In this document: piece by piece, positions 1 through 11,420 of the stretch
Layout of the letters: each line of letters opens with the position of its first letter
How positions within the stretch are numbered: position 1 is the first letter of the stretch
The notes under the pieces: generated by a model
The model's input: only the letters and a program-made list of their open reading frames with translations
What the model was told of the DNA's origin: nothing
Database searches by the model: none
Program-made: the position numbers and the translations under genes
NCBI RefSeq assembly: GCF_001194135.2
Contig: NC_068999.1
Span: 11,612,169 to 11,647,083, forward strand
Length of the DNA: 34,915 nt
Direction of reading: 5' to 3'
Source of the DNA: Octopus bimaculoides
Taxonomy: Eukaryota

Positions 1-82
1 AGAATGTTTTTGTGGATCAAAATAAAATGTCTCATCTGAAATCGTACATGAGTAAAATACATTGATATCCACTTCAGATGCA

Positions 83-135
83 CAGACACACACACACACA
101 AGCACACACACACGCACACACACACAAACACAAAC
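83..135. repeat. (CA)n microsatellite, interrupted
   Basis: Run of acacacac with occasional G substitutions; source of the T/H-rich ORFs at 62 and 78. Confidence 0.9.
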
Positions 136-1374
136 GCACGCACAGTTTTGCACCCACATGTTGTGCACCGTCACATCATACTTGTGCAATCACCTATACA
201 ATTACAAAGCACACATACACATACAATCAATGCAATTCATTTATTGTAATGGTGCCTATAGTAAAATATATGACTACGACATAGCAAAAACTACGAATTA
301 CAAAAAAAAAAACAACATCCGCGCACTCAGAACTGCGTTCGTTTATTTTATATGTTGCTGGTGCAAACTATATCTGAGTACTGACCACAATAGACAGAAA
401 TATGCGTAAAAACTTAACAGAACGGCCATATTATGTATAATGTGTGGCGATAAGAGTTAATATTACAAATAGTTTGAACTATATAAAAGCATGTTTAAAT
501 AATCAAACTAGTAAAGATAACATGCGTAGAGATATATTGGTACACCGTATTTTGCATATATTTTGTCTAAGAAGCTAGTAGAATAAAATATGTCGATATG
601 GGCTGATTACATAAAATAGTATTGTATACATACATTCATAGGTGAACACTTGTTTTTCCCAAGTTTTCATTTACAGAATTTAATGGTTCAACGCATATTT
701 AAATAATAGCGATATATCTCTAGAAATATTTTAATAACCAGGTACATGGCAACGCAAGTTCATTCAAATATTGGTGGTTAAAATTGTACTTAGTAAAATA
801 CATATTAGTATAAATAAGACTTACGTAAGCCAATAGATACCCATCAGTTTCGAAGATAACCATGTATTTGTTCGATTAACTAAATTACACACTTGTTGAA
901 CTAGTATGTAGGTAGTTGAGTACTCGAGAAATAGTTATATTATCTTCTATTGCTTGTGCACAGACAGTCAACGCGAATATGTGTGTGACAAGATTCTCTC
1001 TATGGATTACGGGTACAATCAATCCAGAAGGCTTTTGTAGGCACCCTAAAACCTTACATGCAATATTTAGGCTAAAGCAAGCGTTTTTTTATGCAATACT
1101 TGGCCAAGTACCCATGCAGTAGGATTGAGCCGAACTCCTCATAAATGCTAAGCAAACATCACACACCCTTATTCGTGTCAGAAATAAATAATATGCACTC
1201 AACTCTTTTCACACCCGCACAGGTATGTATCTGCTTAACTTTTCCTCGAGCCCTAATGATCATAAGGCCAGTTACCCAGTTACTTTGTATTCGTGATCTA
1301 GTTCAAAGCATGACAATATGCGCCTAGAAAACACACCTATCCATTACAGTGTTCAAGGACACCAATTTTGTGAA

Positions 1375-1561
1375 GAGGGGTCAAGTCTTTTATATCTACC
1401 CAGTACTTGACTGGTATATTATTTTATTGACCCCCACCACCAAATGGATGAAGGTCAAATATCATTCGGGCGGAATTTGAACTAAGATTTTTAAAAAATG
1501 GAAGAAATTCTGCTCAGCCTGTTTTTTCCGACATGCAATCGATTCTGCCAGCTCACCGCCT
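1375..1561 (-). mobile_element. Family-A tRNA-derived SINE, old diverged copy
   Basis: Ends gattctgccagctcaccgcc (reverse of head GGCGGCGAGCTGGCAGAA) and contains cggaatttgaact (reverse B-box). Aligns by eye to younger copies at 10000-10231 and 24406-24640. Confidence 0.8.
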
Positions 1562-1649
1562 CGAATATCTATATGGTTACTTTTAAAGACAATAGGAGTA
1601 AACCACTGAATATGATTAAATTCCTTTGTATATCAAGCTAATATATAGG

Positions 1650-1828
1650 TTTCAAATTTTAGCACAATGGCTAGTAATTTTAGGGGACTGATAATTATTT
1701 TATCGAACCCGAAATGATAAAAGGCACAGTCGATCTTGTCAGGATTTGATCTCAGAACATGCAGACGGACGAAATACCGTTGAGCATTTTGCACAGCTTG
1801 CTAATGATTCTGCCTGGTCGCCGACTTA
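1650..1828 (-). mobile_element. Family-A SINE, diverged copy
   Basis: tttcaaattttagcacaatggc tail, tatcgaacccgaaatgataaaaggcac body, gatttgatctcagaac B-box region, gattctgcctggtcgccg head. Confidence 0.8.
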
Positions 1829-1837
1829 TATTATCAT

Positions 1838-2052
1838 AATTTCAAATTTTGGCATAAGGCTTCAGTTTAGTGTGGGGTAGAGGGTAAATCAATTGTATCT
1901 ACCCCATTGTCCAACTGGTACTTATTTTATAGCTCTGCAAAGAATGAACGGAAGAGTCGACCTCAGGGGTATTTAAATTCGGAACGCACAGACGGACCAA
2001 ATGCCGTTAAGCATTTTGCCTCTCACGTGCAAAAGATTCTACCAGAGCGCTG
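1838..2052 (-). mobile_element. Family-A SINE, diverged copy
   Basis: tttcaaattttggcataaggc tail, actggtacttattttat, gtcgacctc, gattctaccagagcgc head. Confidence 0.78.
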
Positions 2053-2258
2053 TTTTACAACCAAATTCATTGAATAGAAAATATGTTAAGACTCATGGTA
2101 TAAAGACTAAGACAATTTATTTCAGACATTGCTAATTTTATGTAAGTAATTAAAACAAAATCCATTGTTATAATGATGATATGTTTTAGAGCAATATGTT
2201 CACTTACATGAGCTTATGGTTACACACTTTCTTTTATATAATTGTTAATTATAATTGT

Positions 2259-2730
2259 TATAATAGTCAGTATTGCAAAATATATAAAATTACTGATTTA
2301 ATATGAATAAAAAAAATAGAAAAAGAATTACGTTCACGCACAAAATTCTATAAAGTGAATGTTTGTTAAATGTGTGTCCATAATTTTTTGTGGTAAAACT
2401 CATTGAAATATATAAAGAAATATGTTATCACATAAATAAGTACATAGCTACACAATGTATTTTATATATCGGTGGCTATAATAGTTAGTGATGCGAAAAA
2501 CATTTAAATAATGACTACATATTTTAGAGAAATACATTCTGATATAGAAACATAATTTCTTTCAGACATTGATGGGTATAATAGTTAGTATTGTGAAAAT
2601 ATATTAAAATTATCCACATGTTTACGTTCAACCACACGTACTTATACAGCTACAGAATTCGTTTCAGAATTTTTCTTTTTTTTTTTTTTGTAATAAGTTC
2701 TAATGCGAAATATATTAAGAACTACTACAT
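2259..2730. repeat. Degenerate direct repeats of a ~35-bp AT-rich motif
   Basis: TATAATAGTYAGTATTGYRAAAATATAT-like motif at 2259, 2477, 2577 and ~2689. Confidence 0.5.
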
Positions 2731-2837
2731 ACGCGAACAAAGTAATTCTGTTTTTAATCGGGAACTTTGGTTTATTTGGGGAGTGGGGGACCAAACTAAA
2801 ATACCTAGCACTATGCAGACATATAATGTTTTTCGTC

Positions 2838-2991
2838 TTTACTCTTTTGCTTGTTTCAGTCATTAGAATGCAGCCCTGATGGGTACTGCCTTGAGGGATT
2901 TTAGTTGAGTAAATCGATTTCAGTATTTACCGTTGCTTTTAAGTCTACTTGTTATTTTACTGGTCACTTCTGCCGAACTCCTAATTTATGG
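2838..2991 (-). mobile_element. Family-B SINE, 3' half
   Basis: tttactcttttgcttgtttcagtcatt...tgccgaactcctaatttatgg matches the tail of the family-B copy at 29905-30294. Confidence 0.7.
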
Positions 2992-3017
2992 TACTTCTTC
3001 TGTCATTATGTTATGGA

Positions 3018-3150
3018 TTTAAATTCCATCTCTGTCGGTTTTTGCATTTCATCCTTTCGGTGTCGATAAAATAAGTAACAAATGAACAGTGGGGTCGATG
3101 TATACGGCTTACATCCTCCCCCTAAATTGTAGGCCCTGTGGCAAAATTTG
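3018..3150 (+). mobile_element. Family-A SINE, 5'-truncated
   Basis: tttcatcctttcggtgtcgataaaataagt...ggggtcgatgta...ggccctgtggcaaaatttg. Confidence 0.72.
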
Positions 3151-3233
3151 CTATCAATATCCATTATAAGTTGTATTTGAAGATTGAGAATTTTATGAAT
3201 GATAATTCACTGAACCGTCTATTTTTTGTCCTT

Positions 3234-3420
3234 CTGTCTTTTAGTTGCTACAGTCATTAGATTGCATCTATTTTGGGGGCACCGCTGCCTTGAAGTGTTT
3301 CTAATCAAACATAGTTTCTACCTACTAAATTCACTTCCAAAGCACTGGGGCTATATATACAACAAGCTAATTTCCCAAGGTGTATTGCTGTGAAATTAAA
3401 CACAAAATCACGTGCATGTA
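3234..3420 (-). mobile_element. Family-B-like SINE relic with internal deletion
   Basis: cagtcattagattgc...gggcaccgc tail segment joined to ggggctata...cccaaggtg head segment. Confidence 0.5.
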
Positions 3421-4114
3421 ATACGTGGTTCGTAACCAAACACCTATGGTTACATATATTTCTTTTATGAAAATAGAACTTCTATTTTATAACCTCCATA
3501 TCACTGATACTCGGAGTAAGCTATTTTCTTATATCTATGTAGATTTAGGGTTGTGTTTAATCACAGAGATCACAACGACAGTATCTATTTTCTATGTTAT
3601 TATTTTAATCATCTATCAATTAAACAAACCGAAAATCTTGGCCTTAAATCTAGAACATAAAGAGAATACGGAACATGTTGCACGGATTACATATAACCAG
3701 CTTACGAATCTCCAAACCACATTATTGAGATTTTCTTTTCATAATTACACAAACATTGCTACTTATAGTGTAGGTAGTCGTTCGTTATTCGTCGTTTCTG
3801 AATTTGAAGTCACAAAACATGGGTACGAAATAAAATGTTAAGCCTTATTTTTACGGTGTTTAATCATATCTAATCTGTTTACATTCTAATTAAACAAAAT
3901 AAGAATAATATTCGTATTAATAAAAAGGATTTACGCTAAATATGTGTCACCACTTTTATTTTTCTTTTGTTATTTTTTATATGCGTTTTGATTGTTTGTT
4001 TTCAAGTTTGTCTTTCGTTTATTTTTCTTTCATGTTTATCTACTTTTCGTTCGTTAGTTCATTGATTATTTCTGTTTTTGCTTTGTTTGATATTTTTTTT
4101 TTTTGTCTTTGCAG

Positions 4115-4259
4115 ACATGTCGCCAAAAGTCTGTCCGCAGTGTAAATAAGCCATCAATCCCGTCTGTCCTCACTCATATTATATCCAATACAACTCACAA
4201 TAGAGTTTGTCTATCTCACAACATTTGGTAGCAAATATAAAAAGTGAAAGTAAAATAAA
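4115..4259 (+). CDS. Candidate terminal exon ending ...MSPKVCPQCK*
   Basis: About 160 nt T-rich tract ending ttttgtctttgcag at 4114; TAA at 4147-4149; AATAAA at 4254-4259. No partner exon identified. Confidence 0.2.
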
Positions 4260-4489
4260 CAAAACGTAAAACTGAAAAGCTTGCTCGATTTGACGATAAT
4301 AAAATCGAAAACTAGACGGAAGTCACCTTACTCTCAAATACCTGTTTACTCTTCTCACCACCACCACCATTAACAAAAGCTTCCGCTACTAATGGTGACA
4401 TGTTCCTCTAGCTCCAATACTGCACTAATTAATGCTACTTATTGCCTCTACTAATTTTTATTTATTTATTTACTAATTTTTTTTTTGTT

Positions 4490-4600
4490 TCTGGGTCTGG
4501 TGGATGGACCAGAGTGCAGAATTCCTGCAAGTAGTCTGCGACCGGAAAGATTTACACCGTCAAAGATCCGTTGAAAGTGCAGGATGTCCAAGCCTATAAA
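4490..4600 (+). mobile_element. Possible RTE-type LINE C-terminal relic
   Basis: One frame reads WVWWMDQSAEFLQVVCDRKDLHRQRSVESAGCPSL*, loosely like the ELL..A..RKDW.R.S.ES C-terminus of RTE LINEs. Weak similarity only. Confidence 0.25.
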
Positions 4601-4628
4601 TGCGGGAATAATATATGCGACGGAATTG

Positions 4629-4720
4629 GAAACGTCTTTAACGTTTCAAGTCTGCGCTCTTCCACAGAAGGGAACACGGAAAGAAACAAGGAGAGAAAAA
4701 ATGTGTGTAGTGGCGAATGT
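4629..4720 (-). mobile_element. Penelope-like terminal fragment with hammerhead-like motif
   Basis: Minus strand CTGTGGAA-GAGC-GCAG-ACTT-GAAACGT-TAAAG-ACGTTTC at 4667-4629. Confidence 0.45.
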
Positions 4721-4751
4721 ATACATACATACATACATATATGTATATATA

Positions 4752-4870
4752 NNNNNNNNNNNNNNNNNNNNNNNNNNNNNNNNNNNNNNNNNNNNNNNNN
4801 NNNNNNNNNNNNNNNNNNNNNNNNNNNNNNNNNNNNNNNNNNNNNNNNNNNNNNNNNNNNNNNNNNNNNN
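4752..4870. other. Assembly gap (N)
   Basis: 119 N following a (TA/CATA)n run. Confidence 0.99.
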
Positions 4871-5021
4871 GGTTTCGATATAGATTCAAGGTTGAATATG
4901 GTACTTATGCGTAGGCACCCGAATATCTTCATATTGCATTTACGGTAATGCTCGCATTACTTAAATAAATTGAAGTAGCATGAAACGTGCGTACTGCAAT
5001 TACCTTTGAAATCCGTGTTGC

Positions 5022-5059
<38 letters not shown>

Positions 5060-5777
5060 TAAGGAGGGAGAGATCTAAACATACATTCATCACCCAAACA
5101 TATAGAGTCATACACATATATGATGTATGTGTTCACGTATGCATGCATGTATTTACGCATGCATGTTTGCTTGCATATGACACACATGGTGCGTTTTACT
5201 AATTTATACATACTGTTTGGTATCAATAATCAGTAAGAGCAACAAATGCCGCGATGAATCATGATAAGCATCTGCCGTTAACCGTGTAAGTCTGCTGCCA
5301 TTTCTCACTCCATTTATAACTGGTCCAAATGTCGTTGGATGTATATGTATCAATATGTATATTGATTACAAGTAAAGGCACACGGTCTCCCGTAAAGATA
5401 ACGCTATCATTAGTATGTGATCGATTCTTATTTCAATGATTTCCTTACTATGTCGTTTGAGGAAGTGTTGAACTGTGAACATAATGACGCGATGTGCATT
5501 ATATGAGGCAAGTTATCTGATATGAGATCGATTTTAGCAGTCTTTAACCCTTGATTTTATTCAAATATTGATTTCTAACATAGAAAACATGAGGCAGATT
5601 GTGTGGGCGGATATTGCTTTAAATTGTGCAGATTTTTAACCGTTGAAGAGCGAACAGTAAATTTATACCGGGAAGGATTTCAATAATTTCAACAAATATA
5701 ACAAAGACACATTGTCAAGCATGTTTGGAACTTTACGGACTCAGTCAATAATAATAACACTAATAATTGTAATTGTG

Positions 5778-5995
5778 ATCACACTATCATCTTATAATCA
5801 AATTACTTTTAAAACAAACTTCAATTTTTCTTGTTTTTTCAGACAATCTCTCGTACAATACTGTGAGCAAAATAATAATAATAAAAAGAACTATTACACC
5901 CCAGCCGTAACACTAATTTGAATTTGAAACTTGTGGTCTCTCGAGATGTCTAGATGAGACTTGGATCCAACTTGTACAAATACAAAACAAAAGCC
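5778..5995 (+). mobile_element. Probable 3' UTR fragment of an R4/Dong-like retrotransposon
   Basis: No ORF. Contains gagatgtctagatgagacttg, similar to gaggtcctagttgtgacttg after the stop codon of the next element, and ends directly in (AAT)n. Confidence 0.4.
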
Positions 5996-6029
5996 AATAA
6001 TAATAATAATAATGATAATAATAATAATA
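5996..6029. repeat. (TAA)n microsatellite
   Basis: Near-perfect AAT run. Confidence 0.95.
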
Positions 6030-6742
6030 CGAGGTGATTTGAAGAGTACCACCGAAAGCCTGATCATTGCTGCACAAGACCAGACTCTCGCTACCAGTTC
6101 AGTGAAGTATAGCATCTATAAAACTTATGAAATGCAGATTCTGTGGAAAGAGTGTGGAAAATGTGACTCACTTGGTAAGTGGATGTGAGAACCTTGCACA
6201 AATAAAATACAAAGGTCGCCATGATAGAGTGTGTGTATTTTCATGACGTAACAGAGAACTGGTATGAGCATGTACCAAGAAAATTTATGCAGGAGGATGG
6301 AAAAGTAATGATACTCTGGAACTATGATTTTCAGACGGATTCTGTAATCGAATAACGTCGGCCGGATTTTGCCATATTGCATAGGGAGACAAATACTGTC
6401 AGATCATTGATGTCGCCATACCAAATGACATGAATGTTGTGAATAAAGAGGTTGAAAATGTTACGAAGTACTCCAAATTGAAATTGGAAATGGCAAGTAT
6501 GCGAGAGGGTAATGTAAAAGTGATACCAGTGGTGATCGGAGCGTTGGGCTCAATCCCATCGAAATTTCAAGACTTCTTATAGCAACTGGAAATCCCAAAC
6601 AAAATTTATGTCGTGCAAAAAAGCAGCCTTATTGGGCTCAGCGCACATCTTAAGGAAGGTATTATATGTCTGAGGTCCTAGTTGTGACTTGACAGATGAC
6701 TAAAGACTCCGGTGCATTTTTACCTACAGTTGGTTACTTCGG
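6030..6742 (+). mobile_element. 5'-truncated R4/Dong-like non-LTR retrotransposon (zinc knuckle + restriction-like endonuclease), decayed
   Basis: Across frameshifts: GDLKSTTESLIIAAQDQTLAT; CRFCGKSVENVTHLVSGC (C-x2-C-x8-H-x4-C, from 6133); YKGRHDRV; WYEHVP; ILWNYDFQTD; RRPDF; IIDVAIPND; VIPVVIGALGS; AALLGSAHILRKVLYV* (TGA 6671-6673). Confidence 0.9.
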
Positions 6743-6955
<213 letters not shown>

Positions 6956-6956
<1 letters not shown>

Positions 6957-7644
6957 TAGAGAGTACATTGAATACAGAATAGACAGCACGTCAGTAAGTC
7001 TTTACTTCAGAATTTGTGGACAAAATGGTGAAACCGTAAGGCATATTATCTGTCAATGTACGCCGCTAGCCCAGAAAGAATATAAGAAATGTCAAATATA
7101 GCAAGGATTGTCCATTGGACACTTTACAACAAGTATAGACTTGACAGAGCAAAAAATTGGTACGAACATAAACCCGAAGGCATCATCGAAAATGATAATG
7201 CTTAGATCCTCTGCGATTTTATGATTCAGTGCGACCATGAGATAGAGATAAGATACCAGACATAGTGTTAATTGTGAAAGCAAGCGATGGATTATAGATA
7301 TAAGATACATAGCTGACCACAAGGTATGCGATAAGGAAGAAAGAAAAGTCGAGAGATATAACAGGTTAGCTTGGGAGGTTAAGCAGTTGTGGTTGCTGAA
7401 AAATGTGGTAATAGTAGCAATAATTGTCGGAGCCCTGGAAACAGCGAGCAAAAATCTTCAGAAGTACGTGGAACAAATAGGGGCTGCAATAAGAGTGGAG
7501 CTCTTGCAGAAAACAGCACTGCTTGGAACCGCTCCAATACTCTAGATGGTGCTCGAAAAAAAGGGGTGTTACCTTAGTTCACTGGTAGTGAACAGTTGAC
7601 CCCGTTATACATCTCCAGCGTTAGAAGCTGTGCAAATTCAATCA
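6956..7644 (+). mobile_element. Second 5'-truncated R4/Dong-like retrotransposon, a different family, decayed
   Basis: RICGQNGETVRHIICQC; LAQKEYK; IARIVHW; WYEHKPEGIIEND; DFMIQCDHEIE; PDIV; EVKQLW; IIVGAL; LLQKTALLGTAPIL, with stops and frameshifts. Confidence 0.9.
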
Positions 7645-7673
7645 AATAATAATAATAATAATAATAATAACAA

Positions 7674-7738
<65 letters not shown>
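7645..7738. repeat. (TAA)n grading into (TAG)n
   Basis: AAT run to 7670, then AGT run 7674-7738. Confidence 0.95.
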
Positions 7739-7946
7739 TCTTTAGTTTGATACTGATCAGTGCACTTCTGACTGAAGGTTTTTACTTGATTATATTCTAA
7801 TTATCAGGCTTAGGTTTAGTTAATGCTGTTACGCGTAACAGCTTGTATGTATCGGCTGCAGGTGTCTAATCATAATAGTTCCTCGCAGGGAAATGTCCCG
7901 AGATACATATACCGATACACTAAAATATCATTTGTTCTCTTTTCAG

Positions 7947-8004
7947 GCTGAACAATCAAGGCCATTACCAAGGGTTGCACCTTATGGTAAAATGGCGAAG
8001 GAAT
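7947..8004 (+). CDS. Candidate 58-nt internal exon
   Basis: Acceptor tttgttctcttttcag (7931-7946) and donor GTAAGT (8005-8010). Two open frames: AEQSRPLPRVAPYGKMAKE or LNNQGHYQGLHLMVKWRRN. Protein not recognised. Confidence 0.4.
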
Positions 8005-9084
8005 GTAAGTGGGTAGTCTAAGACTTGAATAATTTCTTCATACAAGTGTGCTTCTGTTTCTTGCGAGGCATGGAAATATGTTATTCCTTCATTCCACTAC
8101 GTAATGCCAGGAGCCGTGTGTAGCCTGATAGCGTCTTTCATTGCGATGCACAACCATTAAAACAATAAATATGTCATCCCAATATTGGAAGCAATAAATA
8201 AATTCATGGTCCCTTGCCCGAGAAGGATTTGGGCCCATAATCAGAGACCAAAGGACCATATCTGGAGAAATTGTCGTGCTAAAAGGTTTATTGTTCAAAT
8301 TAAAAAGTTACTATACGCATCGGATCATAGACACCTTTGTAACAGCAGTAAGATGGTACTCTGGAGCTTATAGATAATAAGTAATTAACTAGTATCTTTT
8401 TAATTCCATTAAACTATATTTTGAAGCATTCCGAAAGCGATAAAATCAATACTAGGTACGTACTGAAGCTAGATTAAACATTCAGTTCTTTGATTAATAA
8501 ATTTTGTACTAAACCAATAGTAAATTTGGGATAAATCCGCCGAATACATATACCTATGGATTAAGTACGATTGAAGTAGTGAGGTTAGGATGAGCTTTCA
8601 AGTTACCCAGAAACATAAAATATGTATCGGTTACTTAAGTTTAGGGTAGTACTTAACTAGTAGACGAGAGCAGTTTTCAAAGTGATCGATAAAAGTTGTA
8701 CGTGCTACTTCCTGAATTTGGGTAGTTTAATATTCAGGGTTACCAGATCGATAAAGTAAGTACTAGACAAATACTGAGTTTGTTTTATAGCTTACGTAGC
8801 ACATATGTTTTTGATCTCAAATCTGTGATCGTTGAATTGTGTTCTAGTTAAATATCAAAATCGATTTTTTTTTTTATAAACTTCCTGTATCTGTTTATTG
8901 GCGACATTAATATATTCACCATTTCTTTGAAGAGACTAGATTAATAATCGCTTCATTTCTTTTCTCCAAATAACAGAAAACAAATAATTAATTAAGCATC
9001 CAATTAAGGAATATAATCCTTCACCAGATAAAGTATATATTCACTTCTATGTGTTGCTTCACAACAAACATTGTTGGTCATCCT

Positions 9085-9290
9085 GTGCATTTCATTCTTC
9101 CAGGGTCGTTAAAGTTATGAAACATTGATTTATCAGGATTCAGCTAAATCATGGCAACCGAAAGCAATACCCCGCCTTGTACCAAAATAAGTGTATTACT
9201 CCTTAATTCTTATACTTGGTTCAGCCATCGAGCGGCGGCCATGCTGACGACACAATCTTGAAAGATCTTTTCGATTCGATTGTCTATTTA
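9085..9290. mobile_element. Highly decayed SINE remnants (family-A body fragment and family-B tail)
   Basis: gcatttcattcttccagggtcg and ttcagccatcgagcggcggccatgctg resemble segments of the two families. Confidence 0.4.
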
Positions 9291-9299
9291 TGTCTGTTC

Positions 9300-9742
9300 A
9301 ACTTTCCCTGAAACAAGACGCCAAATCGCAGCTGCGTTGAAGGCTGTGGTTAGCAGCTGCAAATAATTGCCATGAAAGCCGTAATGCACGTGCATTTCGA
9401 GGAAGTTATAGGTATAAAAATCAGCTTGAACGGCGTTCCTATCATTTGTAATTTGGACGGATCAGGTATTATCCGTTTGTCAGCAGCGAAGAGAGGACAA
9501 GCTAATATCGGCCGATGCAAGCAGGGCAGCGTGCCTAGGTTGTTGCGAAGACTTACAATGTCAATCTTAACACCAGTTATCACCTGCAACAATCTTACAA
9601 TAACACCAACAGTACTGCAGACCGTACCCGCAGAGGGCGCCCCCGGGTGACCACGCTTAGGCAGGACTACTTCATCACCTTGAAACACATCCGTGATCGT
9701 TCCAGACCGGCCAGTGTGACAGCTCGCACGACCACTGGCACT
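9300..9742 (+). mobile_element. Tc1-like transposon 5' fragment (DNA-binding domain pseudogene)
   Basis: From 9471, with one frameshift and a stop: IRLSAAKRGQA.IGR / QAGQRA*VVAKTYNVNLNTSYHLQQSYNNTNSTADRTRRGRPRVTTLRQDYFITLKHIRDRSRPASVTAR, including the GRPR motif. No catalytic domain. Left boundary uncertain. Confidence 0.82.
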
Positions 9743-9870
9743 GAGAAATAAGAACCAACAATATGGTCGAAGCCATAGCCACTCATAATAAAAAGGAGTT
9801 CAGTTGGAATTCTCCAGTGAAGACCTCAATAAAATGTAAGCTCTGGGACATGTAACAGTTTGGTACTTAA

Positions 9871-10231
9871 TGTAACACTGGTACTTAATTTATCGACCCC
9901 GAAAGGATGAAAGCAAAGTCGACTTCGGCGGAATTTGAACTCAGAACGTAAATACAAACGAAATACTGCTAAGCATTTCGCCCGGCGTGCTATCTTTTCT
10001 TATTTCCTTATTGCCCACAAGGGGTTAAACATAGAGGGGACAAACAAGAACAGACAAAGGGATTAAGTCGATTACATCAACCCCAGTGCGTAACTGATAC
10101 TTAATTTATCGACCCCGAAAGGGTGAAAGGCAAAGTCGACCTCGGAGGAATTTAATCTCAGAACGTAAAGACAGACGAAATACCACTAAGCATTTCGTCC
10201 GGCGTGCTAACGTTTCTGCCAGCTCGCCGCT
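9871..10231 (-). mobile_element. Family-A SINE dimer, 3' tail missing
   Basis: Two successive bodies joined at ccggcgtgctatcttttcttatttccttattgcccacaagggg; head cgtttctgccagctcgccgc at 10211-10230. Confidence 0.92.
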
Positions 10232-10260
10232 TTATGACTTAGTAATTAGAGCATCATTCG

Positions 10261-10472
10261 AAGCAGCGGGCTGGCAGAATCGTTAGCATGCCGGACAAAA
10301 TGCTTAGCAGCATTTCGTCCGTCTTTACGTTCTGAGTCGAAATGCCATCTAGGTCTACTTTGCTTTTCTTCCTTTCAGGGTCGATAAAATAAATACCTGT
10401 TGAGCACTGGGATCGATGTAATTTACTTACTAACTCCGTCCTAAAATTGCTGACCTGTCAAAAATTTGAAAA
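10261..10472 (+). mobile_element. Family-A SINE monomer
   Basis: gcagcgggctggcagaatcgttagcatgccgg head, gttctgagtcgaaat B-box region, aaaatttgaaaa tail. Confidence 0.9.
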
Positions 10473-10979
10473 CACAAAGAGTACCATGCGTTCGTAATTG
10501 CTCTGGGTTCCTGTGCTGTCGCTTGCACGTCTCCACACCCTGTCGACCATTGTACCAAGTAACGAGCTGAATATCAGTGACGAGACAGCTGCAGGGAGGA
10601 AGGGCTGCACCAGAAATCGGCTGGTTCTCTTTATTCATTGAGCAAAATTGATCTACACGAGATAGTGTCACTTGCTCAAAGATAAAAAAACGTGCCGCCT
10701 CGTCTAAGAATCCAGTCTATGGTTTTCGTAAGGAAGACTGGGGAAAAGTAACCACAAGGTTATTGGTGGGCCACAGATGTGACCTCTCTAAGAGTACACC
10801 TTTATTTATTTTCTGTCTCAGGAATGTTATATGCGTACACCTCACAGAGGATTTGATGTAGACGTTCTAACAATATCCTCGAGTGGAAAATATATATCTA
10901 TGAAATAGTATAAACGTGTACCTGTGTGTATGAATTTTCATGAGTTTGTGCGTATTGTTCTTCTGGTATGTGTAGGTGC

Positions 10980-11420
10980 GTGAAAGAGAGCGGGAGAGAG
11001 AGAGAAAGAGAGTGTGGAGAGAGAGGGAGAGAAGGAGAACGAAAGCACGCCCTGTATGTCTGTATATCTATGTATCTATCGATGTATATATATATATATG
11101 TATATATATTTTTGTATGTGTGCGTGTGCATATAGGTGTGTGTGAGTGTGACATTGAGACTACTAATGTGCGATTGATACATAAAAAACCTGGAAAGACC
11201 ACAGCAGTTATACACGTATACAGACACGCACACACACACGCACAAGCACACACACACACGCACAAGCACACACACACACACGCACACACACACACATGCA
11301 CGCACGCACACCCTTTCTCTCTCTCACTCACACAGACACACATATGTATATATATCAAGCGCCTGCCAGAGTTCGACATAAATTGGTAGATATATGTGTA
11401 TATAAAAATGCGTATATATA
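10980..11420. repeat. Compound microsatellite cluster (GA, TA, TG, CA, CT)
   Basis: Successive dinucleotide runs; source of ORFs 10898, 10976 and 11068. Confidence 0.9.

Noticed and set aside
400-460. ...ggcgataagagttaa as a piggyBac-type right end
   Set aside because: No matching left TIR is visible in the window.
3425-3841. 138-aa ORF, the longest outside repeats and gaps
   Set aside because: GTG start, AT-rich codon composition, no recognisable motif and no splice support; consistent with chance.
10821-10910. Acceptor ttttctgtctcag followed by ECYMRTPHRGFDVDVLTISSSGKYISMK*
   Set aside because: No recognisable homology and no convincing donor; the other two frames stop early.
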